This document shows, in pieces, positions 1 to 9,329 of a stretch of 56,032 bases of DNA. A program made the translations under genes and the position numbers. Numbering within the stretch: the first letter of the stretch is position 1; every line of letters starts with the position of its first letter. Source of the DNA: an uncultured Candidatus Saccharibacteria bacterium (lineage in GTDB: Bacteria > Patescibacteriota > Minisyncoccia > Minisyncoccales > UBA1441); contig CAZTQU010000001.1 in NCBI GenBank assembly GCA_964615735.1, positions 1 to 56,032 on the forward strand, read 5' to 3'. The notes under the pieces were generated by a model. That model saw nothing but the letters and a program-made list of their open reading frames with translations, made no database searches and was not told the DNA's origin.

Positions 1-2359
1 GCTTGTCTTTAACAAAGATAACTTTTTGAATTTTCTTTTTACCAAGAAAAGATTTTACCTTGGGAGAGTTTAAAGCTTGAGCCTGGGCGGCTTTTTCCTC
101 AATCCCCGCCGGGGCCTCTAGCTGATCTCTCACTTTGCCGTTGATCTGGACCACTAAAGTAAAACCATCTTCCCTTATCATTTCTTGACGATAATTCGGC
201 CAGGAAGTTTGGAAAATAGATTGGAATTTTTCCCCGGCCCGAAAAGACTGGTAAAGCTCTTCCGCTAAATGAGGGGTAAAAGGAGCTAAAAGCTGTAAAA
301 ACTGAAGATAGTCTTTTTTGGGAATTTGCTTTTCTTCCTCCCAAGCCCGGAGCAAAATCATCAAGGCACTTAAAGCGGTATTAAAGTGAAAACGCTCAAT
401 GTCTTCCCCCATTTTTTTAATCGCTTGCTGGAGCTGTTTCTGATTCCCTAAAGAAAGTTCTCCGGCTGGCTGGACTTTTTCCTTCAACCGCCAGACTCTT
501 CTCAGAAAACGTACCATCCCCTGAAGTCCGGATAATTTCCAGGTTCCTCCTTCGCTAAAGGGACCAGTAAAACAGAGATAGCTCCGGATGGCATCCGCCC
601 CGTATTTTTCCACCAAGTCATCCGGATCTACTACGTTTCCCCGAGACTTGGACATCTTGGAACCATCCGGCCCAAGAATGACTCCTTGGTGGCGTAGTTT
701 CAAAAAAGGCTCTAGAAAATCAACCAACCCTAAATCTCTCATCGCTTTAGTAAAGAAGCGGGCGTAAAGAAGATGAAGAATCGAATGCTCCACTCCGCCA
801 ATATAGATATCCACCGGCAGCCAAGCTTTTATCTTTTCCGCCTCGGCTATTTTTTCTTCATTTTGCGAATCAACATAGCGGAGATAATACCAAGAAGAAT
901 CGACAAAAGTATCCAAAGTGTCTGTTTCCCGCTTCGCTGGGCCGCCGCAGCGGGGACAAGTCGTTGACTGAAATTCTGGGGAGCGGGCCAAGGAGGGGAG
1001 AAGAACGGGGAGATCCTTCTCCGGAACCGGCTGCCAACCGCAGTCGGGGCAATGAATCATCGGAATGGGCGCTCCCCAGTAACGTTGGCGGGAAACACTC
1101 CAATCTTTCAGTTTGTAATGGACAGCCGCTTTGGCCTTTCCTTCCTTAACCAGCCAGTCTTGAATTTCTAAACGCGCTTTTTCTGACGGCTGACCGTCAA
1201 ATGGCCCGGAGTTTTTCATCACTCCTTCTCCTTCATAGGTTCCCAGACCCGACTCGCCGGCCGGCCGCTTAACCACTTCTTTTAACGGCAGATGAAAGAG
1301 TTGGGCAAACTCAAAGTCCCTTTGGTCATGAGCCGGAACAGCCATAATTATTCCCGTTCCGTAATTCATCAAAACATAATCGGCCACAAAAACAGGAATT
1401 TCCTCTTGATTAGCGGGATTGACGGCCGAAATTCCTTCCAGTCTTAAGCCCGTCTTTTTCTCCTTCTGGCCTGCTCTTTCGAAAACATTGGCCTGGGCGG
1501 CCTTTTCTAAATACCGTTCTACCCCCGGCCAATTTTTAATCGCCGACTTGAGAGTTTCCAGTTGGGGGTGTTCCGGAGAAATAACGAGATAAGTCACCCC
1601 GAAAATGGTATCCGCTCGGGTAGTAAAAACCGCTAAAGACGATGGCTGGCCCACCAAAGGAAAGGCAATCTCTGCTCCCTCGGATTTCCCAATCCAATTC
1701 CGCTGCATTGTCTTAGTTCTCTCCGGCCAGTCAAGAGAGTCTAAACCCTTTAAAAGCTCTTCCGCATAATCAGTAATTTTAAAAAGCCAGTGATCCACCT
1801 GCTTTGGGGCAACCGAAGAACCGCATCTTTCACATTTTCCCTCAACCACTTGTTCATTGGCCAGAATTGTCTGGCAGGAAGGGCACCAGTTAACCCGTCT
1901 TTTTGCCCGGTAAACCAAACCCTGCCGGTAAAACTGGAGAAACAACCACTGCGTCCAGCGATAATAATCAGGATGAGAAGTAATAACTTCCCGGGACCAA
2001 TCATAAATTGTCCCGATGCTCTTAATCTGCCCTTCCATCCTCTCAATGTTCTTTTCCGTCCAATCCCGAGGATTAATCTGATTTTTGATGGCTGCATTTT
2101 CGGCCGGCAAACCAAAACTATCAAAGCCGATGGGAGAAAGGACATTAAAACCCTTCAGCAACCGGTAGCGGGCATAAACATCGGCCCCAGAATAATTATA
2201 CCAATGGCCTAAGTGAAGATTCCCCGAGGTATAGGGAAACATGACGAGGTGATAAAAATTCTTTTTTCCCTTCACCTTCTCGACCGGCTGGTAGAGTTTT
2301 TTCTCCTCCCAAACCTTCTGCCATTTTTTCTCTATTTCCTTTGGTTGATAGTCCTTCAT
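1..2359 (-). CDS. leuS: Leucyl-tRNA synthetase, N-terminal ~786 codons; the 3' end runs off the left edge, so it is absent from the ORF track
   Basis: My translation from ATG 2359-2357 reads MKDYQPKEIEKKWQKVWEEKKLYQP...FPYTSGNLHLGHWYNY (HIGH motif). It also has a CPSCQT...CERCG zinc knuckle and an in-frame KMSKSR near 640-658. No complete minus-strand ORF in this frame is listed, so the frame stays open to position 1. Confidence 0.9.
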   Translation of the reverse strand, partial: MKDYQPKEIEKKWQKVWEEKKLYQPVEKVKGKKNFYHLVMFPYTSGNLHLGHWYNYSGADVYARYRLLKGFNVLSPIGFDSFGLPAENAAIKNQINPRDWTEKNIERMEGQIKSIGTIYDWSREVITSHPDYYRWTQWLFLQFYRQGLVYRAKRRVNWCPSCQTILANEQVVEGKCERCGSSVAPKQVDHWLFKITDYAEELLKGLDSLDWPERTKTMQRNWIGKSEGAEIAFPLVGQPSSLAVFTTRADTIFGVTYLVISPEHPQLETLKSAIKNWPGVERYLEKAAQANVFERAGQKEKKTGLRLEGISAVNPANQEEIPVFVADYVLMNYGTGIIMAVPAHDQRDFEFAQLFHLPLKEVVKRPAGESGLGTYEGEGVMKNSGPFDGQPSEKARLEIQDWLVKEGKAKAAVHYKLKDWSVSRQRYWGAPIPMIHCPDCGWQPVPEKDLPVLLPSLARSPEFQSTTCPRCGGPAKRETDTLDTFVDSSWYYLRYVDSQNEEKIAEAEKIKAWLPVDIYIGGVEHSILHLLYARFFTKAMRDLGLVDFLEPFLKLRHQGVILGPDGSKMSKSRGNVVDPDDLVEKYGADAIRSYLCFTGPFSEGGTWKLSGLQGMVRFLRRVWRLKEKVQPAGELSLGNQKQLQQAIKKMGEDIERFHFNTALSALMILLRAWEEEKQIPKKDYLQFLQLLAPFTPHLAEELYQSFRAGEKFQSIFQTSWPNYRQEMIREDGFTLVVQINGKVRDQLEAPAGIEEKAAQAQALNSPKVKSFLGKKKIQKVIFVKDK

Positions 2360-2368
2360 TGTAAATTA

Positions 2369-2397
2369 ATAATAGACGAAAACAAAGAAAGTTTCAA
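2369..2397 (-). promoter_or_regulatory. Putative sigma70-type promoter for leuS (TTGAAA-N17-TATTAT); the -10 box ends only 9 nt before the ATG
   Basis: The reverse strand reads TTGAAA (2397-2392), a 17-nt spacer, then TATTAT (2374-2369). No Shine-Dalgarno sequence precedes the ATG. Confidence 0.3.
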
Positions 2398-2401
2398 AGA
2401 A

Positions 2402-2430
2402 TTGACAAAGAGAAAAAAAGGGTCTATCCT
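2402..2430 (+). promoter_or_regulatory. Putative promoter TTGACA-N17-TATCCT for the small plus-strand ORF
   Basis: Consensus -35 TTGACA lies at 2402-2407, followed by a 17-nt spacer and TATCCT at 2425-2430. It sits back to back with the leuS -35 box. Confidence 0.4.
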
Positions 2431-2450
2431 CCAATCAGGAGGTGATCCTG

Positions 2451-2675
2451 ATGCCAAAGAAACATCCCCAGTTAGAAGATCTCCCCGGAGTTTTTCTAGT
2501 CGCTGTCTGGTTTTCTTCCCTTCCGGAAGTAGTTGTTCCTCCACTCACTTATTTTCTGGTCGAGGGGGAAAATATAGAGGGGGCTCGAAAACTCATCGAG
2601 CAGTACTTAACGAAAAACTGGAGCCACTGGGAAATAGAGTCTCTTTCTCCCGTCAGAATTTTGAGGGAATCCTAG
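2451..2675 (+). CDS. Hypothetical 74-aa protein (MPKKHPQLEDLPGVFLVAVWF...), antisense to its neighbours
   Basis: ATG 2451 follows AGGAGGTGA (2437-2445) after 5 nt. It has its own promoter-like boxes, and the TAG stop lies in the loop of a terminator hairpin. I recognise no family. Confidence 0.45.
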   Translation: MPKKHPQLEDLPGVFLVAVWFSSLPEVVVPPLTYFLVEGENIEGARKLIEQYLTKNWSHWEIESLSPVRILRES

Positions 2676-2696
2676 GATTCCCTCTCTCTTTTTTAT
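2663..2696 (+). terminator. Rho-independent terminator (near-perfect palindrome followed by a T-run)
   Basis: GAGGGAATCC (2663-2672), TA, GGATTCCCTC (2675-2684), then TCTCTTTTTTATT. Confidence 0.6.
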
Positions 2697-3538
2697 TCCT
2701 CAAGGGAAAACAAGCGCTGAGCGTTTTCCGTGGTTGCCTGGGCCACTTTTTCCCAGCTTATTTCTCTCAAATCAGCAATTTTTTGAACAATAAATTTCAA
2801 ATTGAGAGGGTTGTTTCTCTCTCCCTTTTTCTGAGGCGGAGGGAGATAGGGACAATCTGTCTCCGCTAAAATCCTCTCCAAGGGAATCTTAGAGATAACT
2901 TCATCTAAATCCACTTTAAAGATAATGCCGTTCAGGCCAAGATAAAACCCTTGCTCCAAAAAGAATCGGGCTTCTTCCCACTGGCCGGTAAAACAATGAA
3001 TTACTCCTGAAAAGTTTTTTTCTTTTCTTTCTTGGAAGAAAGCAATAAGTTCAGGAAAAGCGTCTCGGCAATGGATAATCACCGGCCGCTGAACCTTTTC
3101 GGCGAAAGCGAATTGAGTTTCCAGGACCTTTTTCTGCCTTTCCCGGACAGCGGCCGCTTTTTCTTCTTCCGAAGGAAGATACCCATAGTCTAAACCAATC
3201 TCGCCGATGGCCACTATTCGGGAAGAAGATTGGATGAGCGAGAGATACTTTTCTGGATCAAAAATCTCCGCCGGAACAGAGACTCCCTCCGGCTCCTCCG
3301 TTTCCCAGCGGTCTCCCTCCGTTTCTTCCAAGTGGAGAGGGTGCAAGCCAACCGTAGCCCAAAGCCCCTCCGAAAATTGCTGGGCTAAATCAACAGCTTT
3401 AACCGAAGTTTGGTAATTAGTCCCGACATTGATGACCCCTATCTTTTCTCCCAAACACCGCTCAATAATCTCTTCCCGGTCCTTTTTAAAAGCGGCCAGA
3501 TTCAAATGAGCGTGAGTGTCAATTAAGGAAAACTTCAT
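2693..3538 (-). CDS. tatD: TatD-family metal-dependent hydrolase/DNase
   Basis: The N-terminus MKFSLIDTHAHLNL has the HxH motif, and the 281-aa TIM-barrel hydrolase pattern includes IGEIGLDY and IHCR. Confidence 0.85.
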   Translation of the reverse strand: MKFSLIDTHAHLNLAAFKKDREEIIERCLGEKIGVINVGTNYQTSVKAVDLAQQFSEGLWATVGLHPLHLEETEGDRWETEEPEGVSVPAEIFDPEKYLSLIQSSSRIVAIGEIGLDYGYLPSEEEKAAAVRERQKKVLETQFAFAEKVQRPVIIHCRDAFPELIAFFQERKEKNFSGVIHCFTGQWEEARFFLEQGFYLGLNGIIFKVDLDEVISKIPLERILAETDCPYLPPPQKKGERNNPLNLKFIVQKIADLREISWEKVAQATTENAQRLFSLEE

Positions 3539-4971
3539 CAGAGTTTAGGGAACAAAATCGTTTTCTTCTTTTTTCCTGCCAGCTGATCTTTAATTTTCTC
3601 CGCCGTTTCCGGCAAAAGAGGACTTAAAAGTTCTCCTATTTTCCCGAGCACCAAACGGAGATCGTTAATTACTTCCCCGCTGTTTTCTTTCTCTTTCCAG
3701 GGCTCTTCCCGATCAAGATATTGGTCGCAAAAAGCAGTGAGTTCCCAAATAGCTATCAGGGCTTGGCGAAAGTTAAATTTAGCCATCGCCTGATGGTATT
3801 TTTTCTCCTCTTCTTCCACCGCCTCTTCTGCCTCCAAGCTGACAAAGCTAGTTTCTCCTTTTTCCGGCCGGGCCAGGCTGAGAAGGCGGGAAGTTAAATT
3901 ACCCAGCCCATTGGCTAGATCATCCTGATAACGTTCTTGGAAGCGCAACGGAGAAAAATTCCCGTCTTTGTTAAGAGAAACTTCCCGAAGCAGAAAATAG
4001 CGCAGAGCATCCGTTGAATATTTTTTCACCAAATCCTTCGGATTGACAGACAATCCACCGCTTTTCGACATCTTCTGGCTGTTAATCGTCAGGTAACTAT
4101 GAACATAGATGATGTTTGGAAGAGGTAAGCCAGCCGCCATGAGTATTGCCGGCCAATAAACCACGTGAAACTTGAGAATATCCTTCCCAATAAAGTGAAT
4201 TTTCTCACTCTCCTGGTTCCACCAATAGCGGAAACGTTGGTCATCTTGACCGTAGCCAATAGCCGTCAAATAACTGATTAAGGCATCAAACCAACACCAG
4301 ATTTTCTGAGAACTATCTCCGGGAACGTCCAATCCCCAACCATGAGATCTCTCCGCCGATCGAGAAATACACATGTCTTCTACTCCCTCGTCTAAAAGAC
4401 TTAGAGCCTGATTTTTATAAGGAGAGGGAATAATTTTTAATTCATCCTCTTCAATTAGTTTCTTGAGTTGTTGTTTATATTTCGTCAAACGGAAAAAATA
4501 GTTCTTCTCTTCTACTAATTGGGGTTTTGTCTGATGAACCGGGCAACAACCATCAACTAATTCTTCTTTCTTAAGAAAAGTTTCGCAGCCTAGACAGTAA
4601 AAGCCCCGATATTTCTTCTGATAGATATCCGCCTTGATCTTCTTCCAAAACTTCTTAACCGCCACTTCATTCTCCGGCTGTGAAGTGCGGACAAAATAAT
4701 CAAAAGAAAGATGAAGCGTCTTCTTCAGCTCTTGGAACTCTTGACTTTTCGCCTCCGAAAATTGAGAAAGAGGCTTCTTTTCCTTTTCCGCCGCTTGAAC
4801 AATTTTTAATCCGTTTTCGTCTGTCCCGGTTACAAAAAAAACTTCTTTTCCTTGAACTTTTTGATAACGAGCCCAAGTATCCGCTTGAATCTTTTCCAGC
4901 GCATGCCCTAAATGAGGAGCAGCATTAACATAATCAATAGCTGTTGAAAGATAATATCTATTTTTTCCCAT
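3538..4971 (-). CDS. metG: Methionyl-tRNA synthetase (short form, no C-terminal tRNA-binding domain)
   Basis: AAPHLGHALEKI (HIGH), a CLGCE...CCPVH zinc knuckle, and QKMSKSGG (KMSKS). Confidence 0.95.
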   Translation of the reverse strand: MGKNRYYLSTAIDYVNAAPHLGHALEKIQADTWARYQKVQGKEVFFVTGTDENGLKIVQAAEKEKKPLSQFSEAKSQEFQELKKTLHLSFDYFVRTSQPENEVAVKKFWKKIKADIYQKKYRGFYCLGCETFLKKEELVDGCCPVHQTKPQLVEEKNYFFRLTKYKQQLKKLIEEDELKIIPSPYKNQALSLLDEGVEDMCISRSAERSHGWGLDVPGDSSQKIWCWFDALISYLTAIGYGQDDQRFRYWWNQESEKIHFIGKDILKFHVVYWPAILMAAGLPLPNIIYVHSYLTINSQKMSKSGGLSVNPKDLVKKYSTDALRYFLLREVSLNKDGNFSPLRFQERYQDDLANGLGNLTSRLLSLARPEKGETSFVSLEAEEAVEEEEKKYHQAMAKFNFRQALIAIWELTAFCDQYLDREEPWKEKENSGEVINDLRLVLGKIGELLSPLLPETAEKIKDQLAGKKKKTILFPKL

Positions 4972-5641
4972 AGTGGTTAACGATAATCACTAATTCTCCT
5001 TTTATCTTACTGTTTTTCAACTGAGAAACAACTTTCGTTATCTGCCCTCGATAAAGAGTTTCAAATTTTTTAGTTAACTCCCGGCCAATAAAAATTTCCA
5101 AATCCGGCTGAAGAGCCATAAGCTGATCAAGGGTTTTTAAAAGACGATAAGGGGATTCATAAAATATCACAGGAAAGGAAGAAGAGATAATTTTTCCCAG
5201 CCAAAACAGATTTTTCTTCTAGGGCAAAAAACCAAGAAAAATAAATTTATACATCCGGAAGCCGCAAATGCTGGCGGCCGTTGTCAGGGCGCTAGCTCCG
5301 GGCAAAGGAATGATTTTTAAATCTTCTACTTTCCCCCAGAGCTCGTTGATCAATTCATTTCCCGGGTCAGCCAAGCCCGGCGTTCCGGCGTCTGTCATCA
5401 GGGCCAGCTTCTTCCCCGCCTTCAGCAAATCAGCAATTTTCTCCCTTTGAGAAGAAGAACTGTGTTGATGATAAGAAAGAAGAGGGGCCCTAATCTGGTA
5501 AAAAGAAAGAAGCCTTTGAAGATGGCGGGGATGCTCCGCCAAGATAAAATCAACTTCCCCCAAAATCCTTTTGGCTCGAAAAGTAAAATCCTCAAGATTG
5601 CCAATCGGACCGGCTACAATATAAAGAATCGCCTCGGCCAT
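4958..5641 (-). pseudogene. rsmI: 16S rRNA (cytidine1402-2'-O)-methyltransferase RsmI, interrupted by one in-frame TAG (5221-5219)
   Basis: ORFs 5219-5641 and 4958-5170 are in the same frame. Joined, they read ...FIFLGFLP*KKNLFWLGKIISSSFPVIFYESPYRLL, which is colinear with the RsmI GFLPxK...FYESPHRL region. Confidence 0.8.
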
Positions 5642-5674
5642 AATTTTCTTAAATTATCAAGCTTTGGCCATAAA

Positions 5675-6715
5675 TTATTCTAAGGGCGCTCTTTCCTCTT
5701 CAAAACTCCTCTCTTGATATTCTCCCGTTTTAAAGTCAACGACGAAGCGGTAGATAATAGCCACCACCGGAATGGCCAAGAAAGCTCCGAGGAGGCCAAA
5801 GAGCTGCCCGCCGAGGGCAATGGCTAAAAGAATGAGATAGGGAGGAAGCCCGATTAATTTCTTTCCCACCAGCGGAGTTAAAAGATGGCTTTCAATATTC
5901 TGCAAAGCAAAAAGAATAATCATTACCACTATCGCCAAAATCCAAGAAACCTGAATGCCGACAAAGATTCCTCCTAAGAGGGTAGCCGCCAAAGGCCCGA
6001 AGTAAGGAATAAAATCCAGGAGTCCGGCCAGCAACCCAAGAACTAAAGCTCCCTGAATGTCAAAAAGCTGATAAGTTAAAAAGTAAGTGACGGCGATAAA
6101 CAAGACCCCGATAATTCTCATCCAAAACCAAGCACTGACCTCTCTCCGGCTCCGTTTCCAGGCCTTGAGAATTCTTTTCTGGTAGCGCTTGGCAGAAAGA
6201 AAAGCAATCACTTCTCCAAATTCCTGTTTTTGGAAAGAGAGGAAGACAGCCATGGTTAAAACAAAGAAAGTAGAAGCTAAACCTCCAAAAAGCGTGCCCA
6301 CCGCCTGGAAGATATCTCCGGGCGCCTGCTGAAGAAGGCGGGAAGATAACCCCTGCAGAGAAACGAAAGGAATCTCTATCCCCACCCGGTTTAATAAAGC
6401 TTTGAATTCCGGAAGATAAGCAGGGAGAGAAACAATCACTTGGTGAACTTCCTGAATAATTACCGGCAGACTGAGATAAATAATGCCTCCCAGAATACCG
6501 AAGATCAGCAGGTAGGTAAGAAGCACCGATAACCAATAAGGAAAGTGTCGATAACGAAAGAAATCAATCACCGACCGCAAAAGGACGGCGATAATCAAAG
6601 CAAAAAGAAACCAAATGATAATCTGGTGGACCAAAAAAAGAAGGTAGCACAAGGCGGTGGTAAAAGCTACCTTCAAAATAGTTTTCCAAGAAATGTCAAG
6701 ATAATGTCCTTCCAT
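5675..6715 (-). CDS. AI-2E family (PerM/UPF0118) membrane transporter
   Basis: 346 aa with a multi-TM profile, and a C-terminal LDFIPYFGP...GLLGAFLAIP pattern typical of the family. Confidence 0.8.
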   Translation of the reverse strand: MEGHYLDISWKTILKVAFTTALCYLLFLVHQIIIWFLFALIIAVLLRSVIDFFRYRHFPYWLSVLLTYLLIFGILGGIIYLSLPVIIQEVHQVIVSLPAYLPEFKALLNRVGIEIPFVSLQGLSSRLLQQAPGDIFQAVGTLFGGLASTFFVLTMAVFLSFQKQEFGEVIAFLSAKRYQKRILKAWKRSRREVSAWFWMRIIGVLFIAVTYFLTYQLFDIQGALVLGLLAGLLDFIPYFGPLAATLLGGIFVGIQVSWILAIVVMIILFALQNIESHLLTPLVGKKLIGLPPYLILLAIALGGQLFGLLGAFLAIPVVAIIYRFVVDFKTGEYQERSFEEERAPLE

Positions 6716-6717
6716 GG

Positions 6718-7983
<1,266 letters not shown>

Positions 7984-8000
7984 TTTGCTGAAATCCTTAA

Positions 8001-9314
8001 TTAATCAAGCCCAGCTAGCAGTTTCGGCAGCTGGGTCACGGGTACCCGAATCTGTTTCATCGTCTCTCGGTCTCGACAGGTAACGGTTTCGTCTTCCAAG
8101 GTTTGGAAATCAACTGTTATTGCTAAAGGAGTCCCGATTTCATCCTGGCGGCGGTAACGCCGGCCGATAGAACCCCCTTCATCGTAAACAACAGAGAAAA
8201 AAGGGAGCAGTGATTGAAAAATTTCCTGGGCTTTCTTCTTCAATTTTTCTTCCCGACCTAAATGGGGGAAAATAGCCGCCTGAAAAGGAGCTAAGCGGGG
8301 AGATAAATGGAGAATGACTTCTTTTTCCTGCCGGGAAGCCTTCCCTCGTCCGCCTTCAATTTCCTCATAGGCATCTATGAAAAAGGCCAAAAAGGTTCTT
8401 TCCAGCCCGGCGGAAATTTCTACCACCTGGGGAATAAATTCCTCTTGCGTCACCGGGTGGCGATAAGACAGTTTCTCCCGGCTGTGTTCCATGTGATTCC
8501 GAAGATCATAATCTCCTCGATAATGAATGCCCTCAATCTCTTGCCAGCCAAAGGGAAAATGATATTCAATATCCACTGCCTTCTTAGCGTAATGGGCTAA
8601 TTCCTTAGTCGGTGTCTCCCGACATCTAATATTCTCCGACTTTATCCCCAAGCGCTTATACCAAGCCAGTCTTTCTTCTTTCCAATAGTCAAACCATTTT
8701 TCCGCTTCTTTCTCCCGGCAGAACCACTCCATTTCCATCTGTTCAAATTCCCGAGTGCGAAAGATAAAATTCTTCGGATTAATCTCGTTCCGAAAAGCTT
8801 TCCCCAGCTGGGCAATGCCGAAGGGAAGAGTCATTCTTCTCGACTGAACAACATTACGAAAATTCAAGAAAATTCCCTGACAGGTTTCGGGTCGCAGATA
8901 GACGGCGGCCTGCTCATTTTCCACCGGACCAAGAAAACTTTTCATCATCAAATGGAAGGTACGGGGAGAAGTTAATTCTCCTCCGCAAAGAGGACAGCCG
9001 TCTTTTTTCACTTCTTCTTCCTTAAAGCGATGATGGCATTTTTTACATTCCACTAACTGATCGGAAAAATGGCTTAAATGCCCGGAGGCTTCCCAGACCC
9101 GGGGATGAATTACGACCGGCGTATTAATTTCTACTACGGCTGGCTGGGAAGAAATAACTGCCTTCCTCCACTCGGCCCTAATATTATTCTCCACCGGAGC
9201 ACCCAGCGGACCAAAGTCATAACCGGCATTAAATCCCCCATAAATTTCCGAATTGGGAAAAATAAATCCCCTTCTCTTGGCCAAAGAAATAATTTTTTCC
9301 ATTAAATCTTCCAT
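8001..9314 (-). CDS. glyQS: Glycyl-tRNA synthetase (dimeric class II type)
   Basis: N-terminal RRGFIFPNSEIYGG...YDFGPLG, class II motifs, and a Cys cluster CKKCHHRF...CPLCGG. Confidence 0.9.
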   Translation of the reverse strand: MEDLMEKIISLAKRRGFIFPNSEIYGGFNAGYDFGPLGAPVENNIRAEWRKAVISSQPAVVEINTPVVIHPRVWEASGHLSHFSDQLVECKKCHHRFKEEEVKKDGCPLCGGELTSPRTFHLMMKSFLGPVENEQAAVYLRPETCQGIFLNFRNVVQSRRMTLPFGIAQLGKAFRNEINPKNFIFRTREFEQMEMEWFCREKEAEKWFDYWKEERLAWYKRLGIKSENIRCRETPTKELAHYAKKAVDIEYHFPFGWQEIEGIHYRGDYDLRNHMEHSREKLSYRHPVTQEEFIPQVVEISAGLERTFLAFFIDAYEEIEGGRGKASRQEKEVILHLSPRLAPFQAAIFPHLGREEKLKKKAQEIFQSLLPFFSVVYDEGGSIGRRYRRQDEIGTPLAITVDFQTLEDETVTCRDRETMKQIRVPVTQLPKLLAGLD

Positions 9315-9329
9315 TCTTCTTCCGTTAAT

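Noticed and set aside
2213-2869. A 218-aa plus-strand ORF spanning the leuS start, the intergenic region and the tatD 3' end.
   Set aside because: It lies antisense to two well-supported genes and its sequence is low-complexity. The internal 74-codon ORF in a different frame, with its own Shine-Dalgarno site and terminator, explains the intergenic part better.
5219-5221. In-frame TAG in rsmI as a sign of stop-codon reassignment.
   Set aside because: TAG terminates smpB (17421-17423) and the NUDIX gene (20276-20278) at sensible C-termini. TGA and TAA also terminate conserved genes. One internal TAG is insufficient evidence for a variant code.
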